Program-made: the position numbers and the translations under genes
Shown here: positions 36,808 through 48,426 of the stretch, one piece after another
Numbering within the stretch: the stretch's first letter is position 1
How the letters are laid out: each line of letters opens with the position of its first letter
Notes under the pieces: model-generated
Told to the model about the DNA's origin: nothing
Database searches by the model: none
What the model saw: the letters and a program-made list of their open reading frames with translations, nothing else
Source of the DNA: Alloascoidea hylecoeti
Lineage: Eukaryota
Direction: 5' to 3'
DNA: 64,000 nt
NCBI GenBank assembly: GCA_001600815.1
Contig: BCKZ01000002.1
Location: forward strand, 310,001-374,000

Positions 36808-39352
36808 CTAGTTTCTTTTAAATGGATTATTCCACAGACGGATTGGTGTAAATATCGCACTTAATCCTGTAAACATTTTAGAAGGTGTTTCTGTTTCTAT
36901 CAGCATGTTTACATCGATATCACTGTTAGCGCTAGGTTGGCTTGTTTTCGGTGTATTGGCAGGAGTGGATATCATGTCACAATTTGATGATGACGTATTC
37001 AGAGAAGTCAGTGGTGTAAAAGGTTGTATTGATTCTATTCTCGACGCAATGAATTCATTCTCGTTATCACTAATAGCATCAACGAAAACAGCATCTTCAA
37101 CGTCGTTATAATCATGGGTGTCAATGGTTTCATGAGTGTTGTTATTCTCCATCTCTATTTCGGAGAGATTTGCTCCTCTTTTATGGTCTGCTCTTTCTGA
37201 CTCGTCTCCATCTATTTCCATATTTTCTTTAGATCCTTGATAGTCATATTTTGTTTCTAGATTCTCCATATCTGCATCATCTTCTGATTCAGACAACTCA
37301 ACTTCAATATTTTCTTCGATTTCATTTTCAGAAGAAATTTGAGATATATAAGGGTCATCTTTTTCTTGAACAAAATCTTCTACATCCATTTCACTGTTCA
37401 ATGAAAGAAAACGTTCATACCCACTTTCACTATCAACAACATCATCGTTTTTAATATCTGTTATTTTAGATTCGTTTTTTGCAGGATCATCGTCTGAATG
37501 GTCTGCATCTTCCATGATTTCGTTTGTATATATCTCGGATTTTTCTTCATTATTAATATCTGATTCACTAAATAAACTTGTATTTATATTTGTTATAGGA
37601 GGGTTTATTGACTTAAGGAATAAAGAAGGTAAAACGGTGTCTATTGAATCATCAACACAAGATGAAAGTTCGTTCGCCTTTTCATTTTGTTTGCTATCGA
37701 GTGATTTTAAGCTAGATTCTGATCTTAAACCATACTCTTCCAGGCCAATATCATCCATTGTGACTTCTTCAATATCTTCGTTGTTTTCATTAGAATTTGT
37801 ATCTGCGTCAGGGATAGATTCATCTAAATTCTTTGAAGCAGTTTCGCGTTGAGCCAACCGTTCAAGTTCTTCCAACTTGTCAATTATATTAACAATATTA
37901 GGATCAGCGTGAGAATTTGGATTTGATTCAGAATCTACATCTTCTCCAGAAGCCGTGTTACGTACAATAATTAGGGTATCGTCACTTCTTTGACTTTGAT
38001 CAGTGGCGATCGAATGGTTGGCATAAATACTGTTGTTTTTGTAAATCGATCGAACCAATTCGGGGTCAACGAAATTACACATTCCATCAATGACAGATAA
38101 TTTGCTTTCGTTCTGAAATACCTCACCACGATCATTTTCTGTTGGAACAGGATTTTTTGTAATTAAGCTCTCAAAAAAAATATCATTCGAAACAAGCTCC
38201 TGTATAGAGGAAAGCGATACTTCTTCGTTAGGAATAGTATACCTATTAGTAGTATTCTCTCTTTCCCGAAGGCTCTCAGATTTTAGATAGTCGATTAAAA
38301 TGTTTGTATCCTCATTTAATATTTGATTAGATAGCATTTCATTTTCAGGAGTTTCTCTTTCACCAATGTCTTCAATGGAATGTAGAGTTTCGTGAGACTT
38401 GATTTTTGAAATCTTTTCATTATGGTCACCCTCGCCCTCATCTTGATCTGAATTTAATTTAATGATATCCACAGTCCTATTTTGAAGAAATCCATTTTCC
38501 ATGTCTGCATTGAAATTTTTTTCTTTTTCTGGAAAGTTTGGTAAGTGGTATAATTGATTTGATAGGGTTAGCTCCGCTTTTGAAAATGGTGATTGAGACT
38601 CGCCTTCGATTTTATGGGATATTGACGTAAATTGTGTTAAATCCAGTGACGATCTATGACCGGAACTGTCAGTTCTGCTATGCTCCGATTCCAATTTAAT
38701 GGAACTGTTGTTATATTTAACATCCAGTATTTCAGTATCAGCGGCATATTCCCCCAATTCACTAGATTGAATACCATGCTCATTTAACACCAGAACACCA
38801 TTTCTAAAGGCATTGAGGCTCTCCGACAGATTATGTTCACTATCGTATTCATTCTGACCATCAGATTGGACACATTCTGCGTTTTCAGAAATTTCTGATA
38901 AAAGCCCCTGATCTATTGCCATCGCTTCATCGGTAACATTGCTTTCTTTAAGCAAATTGGACACATATTCCTCGAGTTGTTTGGCATTCATTTCCTCAGG
39001 TTGTTCGGCATTCATTTCAAGAGCTTCTTCTCTCTTATCAGACTGCTCATAATTATTAATTTGTATTTCCTTTTTTTTAGCATCTTCTGTATCATCATAG
39101 GCATACTGTTCTTCTACTTTAATACTATCTGATTGTTCATGATCTTCTTCACTTATAACACTATCTGATTTTTCATGATATTCTTCCTGCTCTTCCTGCT
39201 CTAAATTATTCCGATTGTTTGAGTATTGGATTTCTAGATCACTAGATGAATAATCCTGATCTTCACTTTCATTTGCTGATGAGAATGATTCATTGTGACC
39301 ATCCCTCTCATAATCATAACGATTTTCAGGTGGCTGGGGAATCTCAATATCG

Positions 39353-39398
<46 letters not shown>

Positions 39399-40379
39399 TA
39401 GTGCATAAACCGTCTATTGGTTCTGAGACGGGAATAGGGGGCTTCCTTGAGGGTAATAGAAAGTTACGACTTTTAAACATCATATTTGGACCAATCCGTT
39501 CTTGAGACTCCTGACTGCTGTTCACGCAATTCTCTTCATCATATCCATCCTCTTCATTTTCTTCACCCTCTTTATCGAGATGATTAAATATTTTTTCTGT
39601 TGAAAATATGTGATTTATTCTTTCCTGTATATCGCCATCTGTATTCGAGTCCTTCGGTTGAATGTTAAACTTGGTGTCATATTCCTCTCTATCAGAGTAT
39701 TCATAAATGGACTGTTTCTCTGAATACCGGTGTTTGCTAGATGATTCCCGAGAATATTCGAGATGAGAAATGAAGCTGTTAACCGATGGTATGGATTCTT
39801 TTTCATATTTATCATCAGAACAGCTGGGAGAATTTAGGTCATTATCATCGTCGGACTAAGATATTAAGATACCATAAGTAATGAGAAATTAATTGCAATA
39901 AAAAGCAAACTTACCTCTCTTACTCGTCGCCTTTTATTAGGTGATTGTATTGAATCATCAAGGTTTCCCCGGGAATTTCTCCCTTTTTTATTCTGTTCAA
40001 CCTGTTGAGCTTTTAATAGTCGAGCTAGTTTTTCAAATTCCTCAGTTCGCGGCGTAAACAATCTTTGATGTTGTCTTTGAAGAATTTCAATTTCATGTTG
40101 AAACTCAATATCTCTTGTTTTTGATTCATTTAAACTGTTTTGTGCTCTACTTCTCAACTCATCCATCCACGAGACCAAATCATTTGGGTCCCTTCCGGGT
40201 GGAGTGTCAATAGCATAATGTTGTGGTTGAGCCCTTGGGGAAGAGCGGGACGGATTGTTCAATAAGCGTTTGAAAGGTGATGAGCGTGTCGGGGTACGCT
40301 GTATCCTTCGGACAGGGGGTGTTTCTGGTTCAGTGGGGGTGTGCGTTGTTTGTCGCAACTGGTACTGATACCCTTCCAT
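36808..40379 (-). CDS. Large acidic low-complexity protein (about 1170 aa), unknown function; exons 40379-39915, 39855-36808
   Basis: A 59-nt GTAAGT..TAG intron fuses the 171-aa and 905-aa ORFs in frame; poly-Asp tract; NLS-like KRRRVR. Confidence 0.75.
39351..39398. repeat. (GAT)n microsatellite encoding poly-Asp
   Basis: About 16 tandem TCA on the + strand. Confidence 0.9.
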
Positions 40380-40679
40380 GATTAATTATTAGCTGCAATT
40401 GGGGATTTTAACAATAGAATGGAAGTTGATGACATGCTGGTGTTTACCGACAGTATCAGGCTTACACATTCATTTCTACTTGTTAATCATATAACTTATC
40501 GGCCATGAACTGCTTTCACAAACAGTTTAAAATATTTCATCCAAGCCCATTTTGTATTTATTTGGCCGTTATTTCAAGGTCTAATTAGATCCCAAAAAAG
40601 GTTACTGTTCAAGCTTAGCTGTACCACGTGATGATAGTCTTTTATGATTAAAATTACGAGAACCCGGAGATTAAAAATA

Positions 40680-40719
40680 GTCACGTGAATACCTTCTTCC
40701 ATAGTAAATGAAAAATTTT
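40680..40719 (+). promoter_or_regulatory. E-box GTCACGTGA plus RRPE TGAAAAATTTT upstream of the SET gene
   Basis: Exact motifs at 40680 and 40709; a second CACGTG at 40625. Confidence 0.5.
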
Positions 40720-40789
40720 AGAATTTGAAAATAGTAGAACATCTCTAGATCTCCAAAAAGAAATATAAATCATAATATATATATTCAAG

Positions 40790-42409
40790 ATGGATAAATA
40801 TGATAAGCTTCTAGAATGGATGAAGCACTTTGGAATCAGATTCAATAAACATTTAGAAATAAAACAATCGAAACTTGGTGGTGTTGGTGTTTTTGCTACC
40901 AAAGATATTAGTGCAGATGAAGATTCTAGTATCCCTTTACTATTAGTACCAAAAGAAACAATTTTATCCCCCGAAAACTCGGGAATTGCAAATATTTTAC
41001 ATGAAGCCGAGATAGGTGGCATGGTAGGCTTGATACTGGCTTTTCTGTTTGAAAAAAGTCTAGGGGAACAATCACCATGGTTCCCGTATCTAGATACAAT
41101 TGATATAAACGCTCACAATGCAGAATTATTACCAAGGTTTTGGTCAGATGAGGAAAAGGACTTATTGAAGGGTACCGAACTTGCCTTGATGGATGGCACA
41201 AATGAGGACGAGGTTTCTATGATGTATGAGCAGGTTGTCACACCATTTTTAGAGGAAAACAAGAGTATATTTAAAGATATTGAAATTGATTATGCTCGAT
41301 TCTGGAAAGCTTCAATTGTCGTCAGTTGTAGAGCTTTTGAGGTTGATAATTTTCACGAGTTAGCTCTAGTTCCTGGCGCAGATTTATTTAATCACAGTGA
41401 TAAAGAAAATGCACATTTTGAAACAAGCGCCCAAGTGTGTCCATTATGTGGTGCTTTGTTTGGGTGTGAACATGAAGCCCAACTTATAAAGATGGCTGCT
41501 GATGCTGGCCAAGATAATGGGATTGGAGAAGATTTAGACTGGGAAGATGAAGAAAACGAAGAAGAGGAGATAGAAGCCCTATCTGAAGATGGAAAACTTG
41601 TAATCCCAGAATCCGATGATGATGAAAAATCAGAGGAAGATGAAATTATGAGCAATGCAGGTAGCGAAACTAGTGATTTTTCAACAGTTTCAGGTAATGA
41701 AGATCTTACAGACTCTGCAAATACATGTGATGTGATCTTATTTTCAAATGTGGCTAGAGGTGAAGAAATTTTTAATACTTATGGAGAACTAGGAAATGGA
41801 ATTCTTTTATCGAAGTATGGATTTTCAATTTGGGATAATTTCCATGATACAGTCAACCTTGGGAAAGAAGTATCTAAAGATATTAAAGCTAAAAAGCTTT
41901 CTGGAAAACTAACTTGGTGGAAAACTAAAGGATATCCAATAATTTCTGGTTACTTAAAAGAGAAAATGAAGGCTGAACTTCCAGAGTTTGAAGAAGATGA
42001 TGAAGAAGACGAGGATGAGGACGAACCTTCTTGGCATGAACAGCTCTTTATAGATGAGGATGGTCATCCCTCTGCGTGTACTTATGCTTTGGCTAAAGTT
42101 ATAACATTACCACCTGGTGAATACATGAAAATAATGACTGGATTGTCGTCCAAAAAGAAGAAATTAATTAAGACATTATTACGCTCTTATGACCAGAAGA
42201 CTAGAGATCTTATTCAACACTGGATTCAGCTACGGTCTAAAGCATATAAAGACGGGGGGCTAACGAGTAAGGAATATAACAAGATAATCGAAACACTTCC
42301 ACAACAAGAAATTAGAAAGAAATTTGCCTTGATAACGGTAGGGTCTGAGAAAATAAAACTGGAGGCTGCTATAGAATCTCTAAAAAGCACAGATGTATCA
42401 TTTGTTTAA
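40790..42409 (+). CDS. RKM3: SET-domain ribosomal lysine methyltransferase, Rkm3-like
   Basis: GGVGVFA, SPWFPYL, RAFEVDNFHELALVPGADLFNH, VCPLCG..CEH insert, GEEIFNTYG. Confidence 0.82.
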   Translation: MDKYDKLLEWMKHFGIRFNKHLEIKQSKLGGVGVFATKDISADEDSSIPLLLVPKETILSPENSGIANILHEAEIGGMVGLILAFLFEKSLGEQSPWFPYLDTIDINAHNAELLPRFWSDEEKDLLKGTELALMDGTNEDEVSMMYEQVVTPFLEENKSIFKDIEIDYARFWKASIVVSCRAFEVDNFHELALVPGADLFNHSDKENAHFETSAQVCPLCGALFGCEHEAQLIKMAADAGQDNGIGEDLDWEDEENEEEEIEALSEDGKLVIPESDDDEKSEEDEIMSNAGSETSDFSTVSGNEDLTDSANTCDVILFSNVARGEEIFNTYGELGNGILLSKYGFSIWDNFHDTVNLGKEVSKDIKAKKLSGKLTWWKTKGYPIISGYLKEKMKAELPEFEEDDEEDEDEDEPSWHEQLFIDEDGHPSACTYALAKVITLPPGEYMKIMTGLSSKKKKLIKTLLRSYDQKTRDLIQHWIQLRSKAYKDGGLTSKEYNKIIETLPQQEIRKKFALITVGSEKIKLEAAIESLKSTDVSFV

Positions 42410-42564
42410 TTAAATTATATACTATTGCATTTATTTTAAGAGATTTATATCTAATTATAAACTATATTTATCTCTTTTAAAATTTCTCTGCTTCTGATGT
42501 ATGGGTGTTCTTAAATAACCAGTCAGAGAAGGTGGAAAATAAAAGAACTCCTATTATATTTACA

Positions 42565-43278
42565 ATGTTTCACAGAGCTTTACGGCCATCTATTGTAAGA
42601 AATTAGCTGATACTATATATGATATTTCTAAGAAATGTAATTAATGATGTTCTCTTTAAAGTTAAAGCCTCTTCAAAAGTCTCTTATCAACTCTTCCACA
42701 TCTAGATTGGGTCTTGCCCGATTCCTATCCAGTGATGTGAGAAATGCCATTGAACAAGCTATTGGGTCAGCTAAAGTGGTTCTATTTATGAAAGGTACCC
42801 CAGAACAACCTCAGTGTGGTTATTCAAGAGCTATGATTCAGTTATTAGGTAACCAAGCTGTTGATCCAAATAAGTTTGCTGCTTACAATGTGCTTGAAGA
42901 TGAAGAGCTACGAAGTGGTAAGTCACATATGCTCCGAAGGTATTAAGAAATTATTAATAACACTGCAAGTTTAGGTATCAAGGAGTTCAGCAACTGGCCA
43001 ACTATTCCTCAGTTATATCTTGACGTAAGTCCTCTTTTCTTCACAAATAATAATACGAATACTAACTCCAGTTAATAGAAAGAATTTGTTGGTGGTTGTG
43101 ATATTGTTATGGAATTGAGCAAAACGTATGTATATGTGAACAAATTATATAACTCGTCGGATCTAACAGATGTATATATAGAGGCGAACTATCTGAATTA
43201 CTTGAAAACTCTGGTGCACTCGTTGAAGAGGACAATGGTACCGAATCAGCAGATGTAAAACCTGCTGAACGATCTTGA
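42565..43278 (+). CDS. GRX5: Mitochondrial monothiol glutaredoxin; exons 42565-42594, 42662-42917, 42975-43024, 43079-43125, 43182-43278
   Basis: VVLFMKGTPEQPQCGYS, IKEFSNWPTIPQLY, EFVGGCDI; four introns. Confidence 0.93.
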
Positions 43279-43912
43279 GCTTCAATATTTAAACGACCAT
43301 ATCATCATAACTTTAGTGAATACCCTGAAGTTATCCGGGACATTGTGAATAGAGATCCTGGTCTGTGCTCTGTAGATTCTATCACTTTCCAGTCATAAGA
43401 CAATATATATTTAAATGCTTATAAATATTATAATTATATGATCAAGGACTGTCATAAACAAGTAAGGAATAACATGTTAAATATAATTCTAGATAAGTGT
43501 AATAACTACTCAAATAAGAAATGTGTTTAATGAAGCAGGTAATCAAATTGTAAAAAAAAAAGAGCTTCTTTTTGCGTCATGGACGTCCTTCGGTTACTCC
43601 TAGGAGCAGTCGGGTTGGATCCTGAAATATAATATAACGCATTGTTTATATATCATAGAAACTGTTCCCAATCTAAATCGGAAACAATTTAAATACATGG
43701 CTATAGAAATGCAATTGTGAAATATTCTTGACCAATACAGTCTTTCTACTAAAGATAACACAACACGTAAAATAATTTTCATATAAAAATTATACATAGT
43801 ATCTATCATTTATTTAACTCATCATAAACCCTCAAAATCAATTCTGTTAATAAAATAAATAATTTGAAATGCTTTAAACTGTATGCAATAGATTTAGTAT
43901 GAAATGGAACAC

Positions 43913-44401
43913 CTAAAGAGCAACGACGATGGTTAGTAAATATTAAGACATAATCTTCATATAGTTCTGACAAAATGAAAGCATAATTCAGTTAAAAATC
44001 CATAGGTATCAACAAGGACAGAAAATTGTTCATTGACAATCTCAAAGTATATGTCTCCCTGTGCCATTGATCAATGATGGTGAAATAAGCGGCCCAAGAG
44101 CCTGACATCATTAATTCCAGAATAAGGGAAGCCATATAAATAAAGAATGATATATTGAAAAATTACAAATATTTTCAAACCAAATTGATATGACTTTCTT
44201 TTATATTATCAAAAATGACTTAAGAAAACAAGCGGTAGTCTCTGCCAGTGTCTCTGATATCACTAGTTCTATCACATAGTAAGAGTAAGTCATTTGATAT
44301 TTTCGTAGTCAATGAACAAATCCAATCAGACCTTTTACCAGATAACATCATTAATGTCACTTTCGTAACCACGATGATGAAATTTTTAAAATAAAACTTA
44401 C
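43913..44401 (-). other. 489-nt spliceosomal intron in the 3' UTR of the DUF1748 gene (or a non-coding host transcript)
   Basis: GTAAGT donor at 44401, TACTAAC branch at 43938-43932, TAG acceptor at 43913; no meaningful ORF across it. Confidence 0.75.
43984..44356 (-). ncRNA. Intronic composite C/D-H/ACA guide RNA, U87/SCARNA5-like, predicted to guide 2'-O-methylation of U5 loop 1
   Basis: ATGATGT-TATCTGGTAAAAGG-T-CTGA; perfect 12-bp helix 44319-44308/44037-44026; hairpin plus H-box-like ATATAA; terminal CTGA about 55 nt before the branch point. Confidence 0.65.
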
Positions 44402-44434
44402 CATGCAGTTATAAGGCAAAAATACACTGAACGA

Positions 44435-44850
44435 TCATGTCTCAGTTTCATATTCACTGGACGTAGATCTAGATACCTCGGGGGTAGAAGGGGTTGCGGG
44501 TGGTGCAATTGTCTTACGCCCAAAGTAAGGGGATTTGTTTGCAAGCACAATCCCTACATTCAGAAGATACTCGCCGATAGATAAGTATCTCCTAATCCAA
44601 GAGCGGATTGTAGGATTTTCGATTCTCTTGATGAGAAACCTATTTTCCAAATAAATGTTAATTCAAAAATATGACATGGCCGTCATTTTGATATTTACCC
44701 TAAACCTGATAGTCTCTTAATAGCTGCTAAAATCACAGATATGAGAAAAAGATCAAAAGACCAATGAGCAATGCGTCTCGTCTTGGATATTCCTGTTAAT
44801 ACTAGATTGAGTGCAATATAAGAGGAGACTCCTAGGCATACCAATACCAT
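44435..44850 (-). CDS. Small DUF1748 protein (YKL018C-A/Mco12-like); intron 44698-44640, possible extra 5' intron
   Basis: RIAHWSFDLFLISVILAAIKRLSGL|..SWIRRYLSIGE..KSPYFGRK; lies near HCS1 as YKL018C-A does in S. cerevisiae. Confidence 0.8.
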
Positions 44851-45013
44851 ATTTTCAGAAATTTATGTGCTCACAAAAGGGTGGCAACGGTCGATGAAGT
44901 TATTTGAAAGGAGGCTGAACATTTATATTACCCGATCACTACAATAAAAATGTAGCTATAATGACTTACCCACTAGTTGTTATATACCTATACAATTAAA
45001 TAATATTAAGTCA

Positions 45014-45790
45014 CAAAAATAACCAATTTCAAGTAGGTATACGAGCTTTCAACCATAACACCTTTAAATCTAAAGAAACAGTAAAAGAACACTTAGGTAC
45101 GAGTCCTTTACTGAAATAACGTTAACAGTTACAATTGTGAATAATGTAATAATACTCTCTACCTAATGATGATAATATTTATTTTATTGTAACGATATAA
45201 GTGAGGGGAACTTTAGGTAGATTCGGTCGAATAAGACGTACAAGAATCAAGAAGTTCGCTGGTAATCTAGGGCTGGTAGTGGTGACATGACTTTCTGAGG
45301 GCCCCGGGGGCTTAAACAGCAACAAACAAAAATGTTCTGATAACTACTAAGGGCAAACGCACCGACCTATCCATTGTATGCAAGATGTCTAATTCTTATC
45401 GAGTGAGCAACAATTCGTTCAATTACCACTATTAAGCACCTTGATCTCACTGGAAACAAAATAAAACAATTAATTAAGGGTACAAAAGATAAAGCAAAGT
45501 TACTCAGAGAAACTCCGGTGCTTGGTGATGTTCAGGTAAGACTTAAACTTCTTGAAATAGAGATGAATATTATACCGGGTAAAAAGAAGAAACTCTCCAA
45601 CTTTGAATTAAAAACAAAGGAACACGCAGAAAATTGTCAACAGAATCTATTAGGATACATACTTTATCTATTTAAAATACCTAATGAATTTATATTTATA
45701 GTTGATGTTGGTGATTGCTTTAGTAAACACTTGTTTTGGGATACACGGTTGGAGTGGTCTAAATGGGTTTCGTGGTACCGCCCTTATAAT
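45014..45790 (-). ncRNA. Candidate telomerase RNA (5' end uncertain)
   Basis: ORF-poor, stem-rich spacer. On the minus strand in order: boundary helix, template UACCAGCCCUAGAUUACCAGC (45278-45258), pseudoknot, three-way junction, Sm site AUUUUUG (45020-45014). Confidence 0.55.
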
Positions 45791-45893
45791 TAGACAGATT
45801 TATTATGTATTTTTTTGTTGATTACCATAGATGCCCATTTTATTTTGTCTGAAATAATTATGAAATGAAATTAATCCGCATAAAATTTTATAA

Positions 45894-48134
45894 TTAATTC
45901 AAAATCATATCAGGATACCTTAGATCAGAGTTATATTCTGCCCACTTAACATAGTTCTTTAAGAACCTAGATCCATGACTAACTGTTTCCATATCCCCAA
46001 TTACACATAAGTGTCGTTTGGGTCGTGTAATTGCAACATTCAATCTTCTTTCCTCATCTAAGAATCCCACTTTGAATTCTGGGTTGCTTCTAACCAATGA
46101 AAGAATGATCGCCTCTTTTTCTCGCCCTTGAAAGCCATCGACAGTGGATATCTCGACGTCAGGATGATCAACATGAATCCACTTCTTCAGTATAGCTACT
46201 TGCGCATTATATGGCGCAATAATTCCAATATCTGTTGGTGATACATTGGCCGAGATCAAAGTCTCTACATACTTTTTCACTATTCGAGCTTCCTGTTGAT
46301 TATATTTACCAACAACAGATGTATTTGAGTCTGATCTAGAAGAACTAGAATCAAGTACATCTTCCTCGGGATAATCACCGCCTTGTGTATCTATCCAGAC
46401 AACTGGAGTTTCTGTATCATCTGTTTTCTTGACCCCAGGTAAATCGCATAGTAATCTATTTGCAACTGAATCAGCTGCTATTAGTTTACTTTCATACAAT
46501 TCTTTTGAGGGAAACTCCATTATAGATGAGTTCATTCTGTATTGAATTGTCAACATCTTTCTTATTGAATCGCCATGAATCTTAAGTAATCTATCAAATA
46601 ATGTTCTCTGCATTACGGATCGTGCCTTTTTATCCTTTTCGATCTTTACCGTTGGTGGAAGCTGCTGATTATCACCGGCAAGAATCAATTTATGTGTCTT
46701 TGGACTGACTACAATTGGAATCCAACATTGTGGTTCCAAAGACTGTGATATTTCATCAATAATAATTGTTGAGAATAGTGGTTTATCCCCACAATGAAAC
46801 TTCGCAACTTCCTCGATATCTCTTGACCCTGCTCCATGTAACGTAGCGACAACAACTTGAGAATCTAAAAGTATATCTCCAATCAACTTTTTCTCTCGTG
46901 TTCGGTATTCTTTCCTTAAATATTTCAATTCTTGAAATATTTCCCTTCGTTCTCTCCCCGATCTCGTTTTCTTAATACTTCTAACATTTTTATCGATATC
47001 ACTTCTTACGTCCTTCACTATATCCCCCAATTCGCTCGTTTTTGATACAATTTCCAAAGAATGTTTTAAATTTGCTGTTAAAAGTCGTGCAGGATGACCA
47101 AGTCTAAGTAGTTTGTCGCTTGGTAACAAGCCATCCAATCTCTCCAGGATAATATCAGCTGAAATATTCGAAGGTCCACACACCAATACCCGCTCGCCAC
47201 GTTTAACTAGTTGTCTTATAATTTCTATAATTGTATGCGTTTTACCTGTTCCTGGTGGTCCATGGATGATTGAAACTGGAACATCACCCAGCACAAACTT
47301 AATTGCTTCTTTTTGAGGGTCGTTTAATGATGAATCAAAAAATTCTACATCCACTAATGGGTTCAAAGGAGGATTCGATTTTCCTAAAAGAGCGTCAGTT
47401 AATTCGTTTGGCTGTATTTCTGATAAACGTTTTAGAGCAAATTGCATTCGTTTGTAAGTAGCCGAATTGGCCAGTTTAACCCTAGATTTGAATAAAATAC
47501 GTTAGAAAGATATATGATTTAAACAATTGTCGTCATCACTCACACCCATAGACGATCTTGAGTACTCAAAGAGAATACTTTATCCTCATATTTGTCTTCT
47601 ACCGCAAGTTGTATGGATTTTGAAGAGACTTTAGTGATCACACCTTCAATACCGTCGTCACCTTCAGTATCGTCATTTTCGAAGTTTCTACTTTTATCTT
47701 TCTTAGATCCCTTTTTATCTATCTTTTTTGTGTTTGACTTGGCGCTTGGTTGCAATTTGTCTAATTTCTTTGGCAATTGAACGAATTTATTAGTTGAAAA
47801 TTAATGCTTAACCAACAAAATGAGCACATACTACAATATCGCCTGTTCTTATATCCCCAGAGTTCAATTCCTGTCCTTCTATAGATACAGAGGGATCTAA
47901 CTCGAGCTCCAAAATGTTTTTGCCACCCAAACCAGTTCTCATGGAGACGAGTGAGAGATTGATACAAGCCAACCCCCGTTGTGCTAATTTTTTGGGAGAA
48001 AGTCGTGCAATTGTCTCTAGAGTATCAGCAACATCCTCAATCTGTTCCTTTGATATACACTCAATAAATTTTGTTGCTAGTCTATACTGAATGGTATCAG
48101 TGTTAATCTCTTTTTCGTTCTTGGGTGGTGACAT
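45894..48134 (-). CDS. HCS1: SF1 helicase Hcs1/IGHMBP2; exons 48134-47832, 47767-47544, 47481-45894
   Basis: IHGPPGTGKT, RLGHPAR, IIDE, LAGDNQQLPP, QYRM, TVDGFQGREK, RRLNVAITR. Confidence 0.94.
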
Positions 48135-48426
48135 GATGCGATATTTGGAAGTGTTAGAGATCTAAATCTCAATATGAATGAGGTTTTAGTGGTACAGAGA
48201 AAAGTTATCATCGATTTGGGAAATATCTCAACTACTAGATAACCCACCAAAACTGTACTTGTTGTAGGATTCTAGACCAATTCAAACCTGATAATGGAGT
48301 AGATTAATTTACAATTTAATATGTACTTATCTTAAAATTCATTGAATATTTCTATGTTATGAAACGTGTAAACTATAGTTTATGTTCGCAACGAAAATTA
48401 TATTTCTAGATAAAATAGTCAATCCT

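Noticed and set aside
44190..44300. Pseudouridylation pocket (TACTA / CTTG) matching U2 CAAGUGUAGUA
   Set aside because: Distance to the H-box-like motif is about 26 nt rather than 14-16; only 9 bp of pairing
44320..44345. U5 snRNA gene on the + strand (CCTTTTACCAGA)
   Set aside because: Invariant G of loop 1 missing and no closing stem; better explained as an antisense guide between C and D' boxes
45200..45460. SRP RNA, U1 or RNase P/MRP as the identity of the structured region
   Set aside because: No SRP Alu or helix-8 motif, no ACUUACCU 5' end, no P4 consensus found
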